Below are positions 51,601-64,000 of a DNA stretch of 64,000 nt, piece after piece. The translations under genes were made by a program, and so were the position numbers. The stretch spans positions 992,001 through 1,056,000 of the forward strand of contig MU006091.1 in NCBI GenBank assembly GCA_010093705.1, given 5' to 3'. How positions within the stretch are numbered: position 1 is the stretch's first letter; each line of letters starts with the position of its first letter. This DNA is from Patellaria atrata CBS 101060 (Eukaryota). The notes under the pieces are model-generated. The model did not search any database. It worked only from the letters and a program-made list of their open reading frames with translations, and was not told the DNA's origin.

Positions 51601-53778
51601 GAACACCAAAGGACACTGACGCTTTGGATGACGGGACGCCAAACGACGCTGGCGCAGCTGAAGAAGAGGGCATACCTAATGACGGCCCGGTGGATGTTGG
51701 AGTAGTTCCCGACGCAAATCCTAGGGGAGTGCTTAGTTTCAAAGTAGAAAATGCACTTGTCGGTCCATTCGCGCTGTTTACGGCAAATGGATTCAGTGCT
51801 GGGGTTGACGCCGTAGAAGATGTAGGAATCGAGGGAATAGGCGGAGTATTTGTGAGTTGCGCAGTTGATACCGCGTTGTTGGTAATCGGAGTGCCATTTG
51901 GTATGAATGGTGTAGCAAAGGGGTTGAATGTCGTTGTGGAAAGGATGGTGTCTGCAGGTTTCGACGTGGACGCTTCATCCTCATCCGAGTTATCCATCAC
52001 GAAGAGTGAACCTTTAGATTTTCCGATTTTCTTGTCGACCACCATTTCATTGTCGCTGTTGTCCTCTTTGGTCATACCAGCTTCTCGAGCAGATTTAACG
52101 GATAATCCAGCGATAACTGCAGGAAATGTGCGACCGTATCTCTTAAGTTCGACCAGGTTGTAAGAAAAGATTTGACGCGATGATGCCGATGTTCCTTGGG
52201 GAAATGTGCGTCCAGGAACAGAAGTGATGTCAAGGAAGGGAGTTCCATCCATTCGCTCTGCAATAGAGAAACCGTATGCTTCGCAAAACACCTGAACTTG
52301 CTCTTCTGTATCAAAACCTAGTGCATCAACTAATTCCGCGATGGACCAGTCTTCCGGTCTAGTTTTCCCACCTTGGCGATAAGCACGCCAAATCGCCTTG
52401 AGGGCGGTTTTTCTCACCAGATAGAAGTTCTGTTCTGCGACACAAGCCATTAAGTAAGACATGCGGTTTGATGCTACCAAAGTCCAGAAATGTCGAGGAT
52501 TCGTCCTAGCGATAGCATGTTTTGTTCCTTGCGCAAAGGGGCCTTGGTAATCATCCACGTTCGATGCTGTGGCGTGAACGTCAAGAGCGGCCTGTACTTT
52601 CGGGTCTCTCGCGAGTTCTTCGGGCCAGTTTTGTATCCTATTATGAATGTCAGGAGATTTGGTTTGCATTGAAAACATGATCCAATAAGCACGAAATTCG
52701 GCCTCATTAGCGGAGCGATATTGAGCGCGACTGCTATCATAATACTCCATAAGTGAAAGAAGTGTCTTATCAAGCTGCTCACGATCTTGAGACCAGTCGT
52801 AATCGGATGATATGCCGTTCTTATTGGGATGCGAGCATCGATGCATTGACACGATATGAAAGCGTGCAATACGTTCGAAGCAATCAATGGCGATCCGTCT
52901 ATCGCGGATGGTGCTCACACGTTGAATGGAGAAATCATTGCGAATGCCTCGAGTACGATCCCATATGAAAGTTTGCGCCTCTGTGAGGTCTACTTCATCG
53001 AGTAACGTTTTCAGCAGATAAGTAGTAGTGTTCTGGTTGAAGTCAATGGTGTATTCACGTTGCGAAATGCTAGAAAGAAGCGAACCTGTAGGACCACCGG
53101 CGGTCTGAGGTCTGAAGGCAATTGTTCTCCTGCCCCAGCCTCTGACCGCCTGAATTTCTTGACCATTCGCTCTTCTGCAGGTCGACGATCGGCTCCTGTG
53201 CCAGTATATTCTAGTCTTGCGACCTCATTGTTTTTGATCCTCTCTAGGCGTTCATATTCTGGGCACATGTCCTGACAAAGACCTACCACAGTAATAGCTT
53301 GTGATAGCCGAACTGGTTTGTTAGGGTCCGACATAAGTCGCTTCGCGATAAAATTGGCTTTTTCGTTCGGCCGGTTACGTTTGAGCTATGGGAAAGGAAG
53401 AGAAACAAGTCACTACAAGAGCTACATTAGTTGCGATAGGACATATTAACATACCGTTTCGAACCGTTGCCCCCAATTTCCTCTAGACCCATCTGCGGGT
53501 CCAAGCTCGTTCATTCTGGCGTGTTGTCGGGCACCATTTGTACCGTTGAGGATTTGTTGAGGTTCTCGCGGAGGTTGACTAGATTGTTGCTGATTTCGAG
53601 CTGTATGCGATCCATTGTTGGCTCGACCAGCTCCTCGTGATGGTCCTCGGGGTGCATTTGCGACGACTGATGACGCTCTTCCACGTCCCCTATTGTTTCC
53701 GAAAGTTCTCTCTTCTTCACTTCCACCGAATCCTCCGCGGCCTCCACCGCGTCGACCTTTCCCACGCAGCGGCGACAT
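48644..53778 (-). CDS. SAC3: SAC3/GANP TREX-2 scaffold (3 exons)
   Basis: VGLCQDMCPEYER, MVKKFRRSEAG, PSDLRPP, WDRTRGIRNDFS, FERIARFHI, EQLDKTL and NEAEFRAY, followed by a long low-complexity tail. Confidence 0.93.
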
Positions 53779-54705
53779 TGTCGCGACGAAGTGCTAATGT
53801 TGTCAATGCGAAGCGCACGTCATTGGGTCGACAGGAATGTGAGGATCGAAGAGGTTTGTCTTTTGTTGGAGATCAAGCTGTATTGGTGCGCCTTGGTTTG
53901 TGTTGCTTTGTTGTCGAGGTGAAGAATGATAATGGATGGTTTAATAAGGGCTTGGAAAGTTCAAAGATGCAGATGCAAGATGCGATCAAGGCGGAAAAAC
54001 ACCGGATGAGAAACTGTGGACGCGAAGGGTCTGTGCGCCGCAACCTTAAAGTTAAAACTACCGTACGAGTCAAGTTGGCAATGGAAGCAGTGAAGTTTCG
54101 AGTGGGATGTCATCATGTCAATAAGTAAGCGGCCACCTCAATCACAAGTCACAAGTATGCACCAGGGAGATCAAATTTAAGTGAAACAAATATTCAAAGC
54201 GTTCAATTGCTGGGTAAGTAACCGGCAACAGGAAACTAAACTACTAGAACTACTACGACTAGCCAATTATTTCCCATCCTGACGACGTCCGAAACAAGAG
54301 CTTCAAGCTTGCCGCTCCAAGAGAAAGGACAGAACGTATCATCAGTTTTACGACATGCAACATAAAGATTTTCCATAGCATTACGCATTCCAGAAGAGAA
54401 AATGAAGGGCATCCAGCATTCGAGAGGGGCGAAAATGCAAGATATGGAACGCGCAGTTCGCAATAGAACGCCGATGTATGTAGATGGAGACAACTAGGTA
54501 CTTTCCATCAATCATGAACATAATTCATTATCAGTCGTTCATCAGTTTCCTTTTTTTCATGTTCGGTCGTGATAATTTTACAAATGTGTTCAAATGGTAC
54601 CGTAGTTCATGATCATGTTAAAGACGGAAAATGCCATTTTTGATGAGCGGGCTTTTAGCCTTTGCTCGAGGGTTCCCGCTGCTGAAAGAACCTCTCAAAT
54701 ACAAC

Positions 54706-56864
54706 TCATTCTGTTTTCGGAGGTAATCCGTCGATTCTAAAAGGATTACTGCTGGAATCATCCACAGGCATTCTGTACATATGATCGGAGTATAATGGAT
54801 AGAGAGGATTCTGAGAGGCATGAGGATGACTCTCAATCGGTTGAGGAGGGTTTGACCTAAAGAAATCCGCTTGTTGATCGTGATTTGTCTGAAATGCTGG
54901 GTTAGGCATCCCGTAAGCGTTCGGCTCCAACGTTATGCCGCCGCTACCCTCATGATATAGCCTATTGTCAACGGAGTGATTTTGCAGAAACGAGTCGTCC
55001 CTTCGATAGGTAGACTCAATCGTCATCCCAGCTGTATGAGAAAAGTTGCTGCTTTCCCAGTCATTGTATGGATAGACCAGTTCTCCGGGAGCCAAATAAT
55101 TTGCAGTTTGGCTAAGAACCGCCGTTGGGGGTTGCGTGCTCGCCGAACTGAACAGTATCCGCGGTACAATTTCTTGCGGAGCTATATGCGATTCGGTGGT
55201 CGTAATTGGCTGGTGCGTTATCTGGAACATATCGACAGCTTGTGAATACATCGCTGGTATTCCGTCTCCTGAAGAGCGAGGTAACATATCGTGTGCTGCC
55301 GCATATAATGTTGGAGGTCCACTTTGAGTTTGCGCGAGAGATAAGCTCTGGTCCTCCACGTTTTCAGAAAAGGAGGACGAGACACTCGCGTCGGATTCGT
55401 GCTGCAGATGTTGATAAACAGAATCCGATCTCTGAGATCGTGTAGTATCTAGCACATCTGGAGTAGTGACCTTCTGCTTTGTTCGTTTCGATTTAGGCAG
55501 ATTGTGAGCTTGAGCCTTGTGTCTCTTTGTGGTCGTTTTTGTCGACAGAGTATAGCCGTATATCTCATCTATCAACGGATTTAGACTAATGTTCATGTTC
55601 CGAATTCGCGATACCTACCACTACCTCCCGTCACAAAGTCTTCCTCCATCTTGGCTACCGCATAAAGCTCATCGAGATGTTTGCGTCTATCGTCAGCTCG
55701 TCTCTGCTCGACTTCACGATGCTGCTCAATTTCCTTTTCAGAACGTAGAGCCTTTGATTTGTTCTCCGTCCTAAGATTGAGTTGCGCGGTCGCATCTTCT
55801 AGTGGAGTGGTCCAAGGTTCCCTTCCCCGGTATCTTAGAACATGAATTGCAAGAATGATCCGCTCTATTTAACGTTAGCCGAACAAGTCGTATCCGATCG
55901 GGAAATACGCAAGTTAACCAACCGCTTTTCGACAAATGGTCGGGCTCCTTGAATCTGCACTTGTCGCTAGGTGGCCACCACGGCGGCATGTTTGGTCCTG
56001 TACTCTTTGAGGTATACGGATACTTGGACTGCTTGTTTGGTTCAATGACTTTGATCCAAATTTTGAGGATTGCTTTCAGAGCAAGCTGACCAATGCTCTT
56101 CAAGCGGGTCTCCATGAACTCGATTACCTCCTCAGGTTTACTCGCGGCAAGAGTCTTTGATTCGTTCTTGATGTCGTCGCCGCTCTCACAATCCTCATCC
56201 GCAGTAGATGGGGTGTGAGATGTAGAGGGGAGCCTCTGTCTCTTGCGAGACCCAGAAAGAGCTGGTGACGGTAAATCATCTATCTTAGTAGTCTTCCTAA
56301 CAATCGAAGGTTGTGTAAATGGAGTCTGGATGCAGCTCGGATCAAAACTGAAACGAAAATTCGGAAGAGGTGATGCGCCGCGTTCTTGCGCTACAGGTTG
56401 TCAGCAGTGCCAGAATAAAGGATGTGGTACCGACCTTTGGAGACAGAGTTAACAACAGCGTCACGGGTTGCTCGATGGATCCTCTCACGCAAGTGTTGAG
56501 GAAATGTTGGGAGCGCATGCAGATGACAGCTCCCCTTTTTGTCATCTACAAGAACGATTGCGATCTTTAATTCACCACCAGTGATTGCCTGGAGCACCTT
56601 GATCATATTATCACCCTATACACATCATATATCAGCCGGACTGAATGCATTCCGCTGACCGAAGAGAAACTCCAGATCGGTAAGCTATATCAAAAAGATA
56701 AAGAGAAAGTTTCTCTATACCTGCTCCTGAAATTCCTCGGATAAGACAGCGGCGGGACCGAATGCATCGTCGACAGACTCACGCAAATTCTTGACTTTCA
56801 CAGCATCTTTAGAATAGCGTCCACTACGCTGGGAGTCGGACACTTCTCTCGCAGGGAGAACCAT
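54706..56864 (-). CDS. YDR124W-like helical-bundle (DUF2841) protein, about 5 exons
   Basis: Q-x-ALKAILKIWIKVIEPNKQSKYPY..PPWWP..CRFKEPDHLSK-x-ERI..HVL and LDELYAVA. Exons join in frame from MVLPAREV (ATG 56864). Low-complexity C-terminus. Confidence 0.8.
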
Positions 56865-59795
56865 GAGATGCAAGTTTATTTTATTTTTTTTCCAGGATGA
56901 CACTCCCCTAAGAAATGCAGTCGTGGCCCTTCTGAGCGCGGCCTGCTTGCTCGCGAAACATGCGCCTGAATGTTTGGTCAGAGCTGGAAGAGATCAGATC
57001 TGGACCAGTTAGTCTAAGCAGCATGATTACAGGAACCAACAAAGTAGTGGCGATAATCCGCTGAGAGACAGATCGCCCGGAACGATGTGGGGGTGGATGA
57101 AAGACGGAAAGCAAAGGAAAAGAGAGAGGCGACAGCTGTACAGACAGGGCATATTTCAAGATATATAAAATAAGTCATCAGAGAGGACGTTGTGGAGATA
57201 AGGTTCGTTATTATCATCTGGGGTTGATGCTTTAAGTTAGGGTCGTCGACCAAGGGGGCTGCCCTTGGCGTGGGAACGGCGCGGTTAGGCAGAAAATCAG
57301 TGCTAGTACTTTACCTTAATGTAGTCTTGTTCCGTCTAGTGCCCGTTGGCTATTTCAACGACCTGAACCACTCTGTTGGGTCTCTTTCTCCTTCCGATCT
57401 TTTCTGAGACAGTAGTCCTTCTCGTTTTTCGAGCTGTGGTGTAAAGAGTCTGCCAGTGAGGTGAGATTGGAGAGGGGGCGGCAGAAGAGGCTCTGTAAGA
57501 GACGGGAGTTTCTTGTGGGTGGCGGCTTTGGCCAACGGCGTTGTATCACGGTCGGGTGGCCTGTGTATGGATGAACGATCAGGACTGGAAGAATAGCTAG
57601 TGAGCAACCCAGCAAGTGGAACACACCAGCCTTGAGCTTCAGATCGAAGCAACTTTTCAAGTTTGCAGCTTCTATATGGCCATGGGGGTTATAGTAACGC
57701 TCTCACTTACTTTATCTAGGAATGCTTCGTTCGGAGATTTTGAGATTTGATTTTTCGATTTCGTGCGAACGATATTTGGACCGTTATTGTCTAGGAGATG
57801 GGGCCCTAAACTGGCTGGGACAGCTCCCAAGTCCAATGATGGTTCCTGATAGACGATTGGGAACTGGATCGTGGTAGGCGAAGCTCAAGTTGACAGGCAA
57901 GTCGCTGTTTATGAAGGCGGAGTGGAATTGCGAAACTAGCACAGGAGCAGTGACAGAGATGCCATTCTCTCTGCGCATAACCGTTCCAAGATTGTGATTT
58001 CCAGCGTAATGGAATGGATGATACAAACACAAATTACCTCCCCTCCCCTCTGACTATTACAGTGGATCCCCCCTAAGGTAGGCGTTGGGGTTTGTGGAAA
58101 GGAAATACACGATCTGGACGAAGGAGCTTTGCAGGGCTGGCTGTGGGATACGTTACGGAAACAGTGATCTCAAGCTTTTCCCTCCACGCGAAAGCCAATT
58201 GAGGAAGATCTAGTGTGGTTGAACGTTTCTGCCGCGATGCAGTGTGGGAGTTCAACCAGTGACCGTCAAGGGGGTCCGATACGATGGGGATTATCATGAT
58301 AGGCTTTACAATGGCGGGGATGAGATGCCGGTCCCGATCAGGACGAAGCCAGCGTCTTTCAAAACTATAAAAGTCTGGTACGGAAGTGGGCGGTACAGAT
58401 GCACCGATGTACAGTACAGCACCTCAACGTAGGGTCTTTGAGGGTTAAAGTTGAGTAGTGAGTAGAGGGAATGCATGACTGGGTTCAAGGTCACTGGCCC
58501 TACCTATCCACATATCATATCACTACTTCCAGGTTTAGAACGTTACTGGTGGGTTTTGATTTTTAGCAGCTGACTAGCACGACTAGCTGGACGGTGACGC
58601 TCATCGGGCTTGACCTTTTCTGAGAGAAAGACTTGTGTAACACTGGGTGGACATTAACGTACTCGAGGGATGAGCCCGTCGGATGTACTCGAGAGGGCTT
58701 TGGACTGAGATCCCCACATGGTAGCAAGCCACGGCCTAAACAAGGCAGATCTGATCTGGATCTTGCTTGACATGCTTTGAATCGTAGAGATCTTGCGCCA
58801 TTCCACACTCATGCATTCCCGCCTGACCAGAAACCCGGTCACCGTCTCAAGCGCGCGACCGGTGCTCACTTCAAATCCAGATGAAATTGATCTCAGATCT
58901 TAGTGTTTGAACTGAAAAAATGCTACACGGTTCCAAGCCCCTTCAAGAGCTGCAAATGCATGGTTCTTGTTTTTTTTCTGAAGCGCAGCATATGCATGGA
59001 TAGCGGCAGATGCGCCCGTCATGTCACAACAGCAGCAAAGCGTTCCATCTGGCGTTGCCACAAACAGTTGTAGCGAACTGTGAGGTTGCGGCAATCCCAT
59101 ACCGCATAAAAATCTCTGGGGTGACATTATTGGCGGACTCTGAATAAGACAACGGGTCAACAGGTCAAAAGGTCAGGCGGAGACGGGATGCCGTTGCCGT
59201 CCGCTAGTGAGCGCTATTTCAGCTTTGACAGACCGGGACTCCCCGGGCATTGGAGCATTGGCGTTGGAACTACGGTACTCTGAACGTATACTACGGTAGG
59301 TCTTTGTCGTTCTACACCGTAATATCTGCTGTAAGGTAGCTAGGAATCTAAGGTACTATCCATACTAGGTACCTTAATACGCGAAGCTACCTTTGTGGGT
59401 TAGCGCAATGTAGACATGGGGTAAAAGTCCCGTAAGCCAAGTATTAATGTTAACCAGTCTATTCAACTTTCTTGAGGAGAGGAAAAACGTAGATATTGAT
59501 ATCCTCAACCCGCCACCCATCCTCGGAGATGGTTATCATTACCCCATCCTGCGTCCAGAACTGTATATCATCGTACGATTCTGCTTCCTATTCCACACGC
59601 ACGCTGCCGGGGATGGATATTCGTGATCATTTCGGATCCCCCTCCATCTGGAAACTCTCAACACCATGTCACTTATCGACTAGGGTGAGATAGGCCGGAA
59701 GCTCAACTGCGTATGCAGGCACCTCTACCCTTACCGTCCCACTCACGTCTTCTCGAAAATGACGGGCAGGATTCCGACAAACCCCTCACGCATAC

Positions 59796-64000
<4,205 letters not shown>

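Overview
Gene-dense nuclear DNA from a filamentous ascomycete (Pezizomycotina, probably Dothideomycetes-like). Evidence: short 40-90 nt spliceosomal introns with CTRAC branch points and typical fungal housekeeping genes. From about 6 kb to the end it carries about 24 ordinary genes: CE16 esterase, aldehyde dehydrogenase, S1/P1 nuclease, derlin, CENP-A, dienelactone-hydrolase/SnoaL-like, F-box, SIZ/PIAS SUMO ligase, DUF2423, GT8, SIS1, an orphan membrane protein, ARG7, ATG101, PEX3, a nucleoside 2-deoxyribosyltransferase-like gene, ORC2, PDX1, FUN14, KAP122/importin-13-like, aminopeptidase P, RBG2, MBOAT, SAC3, a YDR124W-like (DUF2841) gene and the 3' part of YCF1. The first 4.4 kb looks lineage-specific: small spliced genes missed by the ORF track, including a Bys1-like secreted Cys-rich protein whose ATG is assembled only by splicing, next to a degenerate tRNA-like Pol III unit. 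I found no transposon, CRISPR array or secondary-metabolite cluster. The best candidates for novelty are the intron-split start codon, an unusually long and heavily base-paired YCF1 intron with mutually exclusive pairings, the tRNA-like element, the intronless NDT/TIR-fold gene and recurrent C-rich to G-rich skew switches. All identifications come from motif recognition by eye. No database search or folding computation was run.
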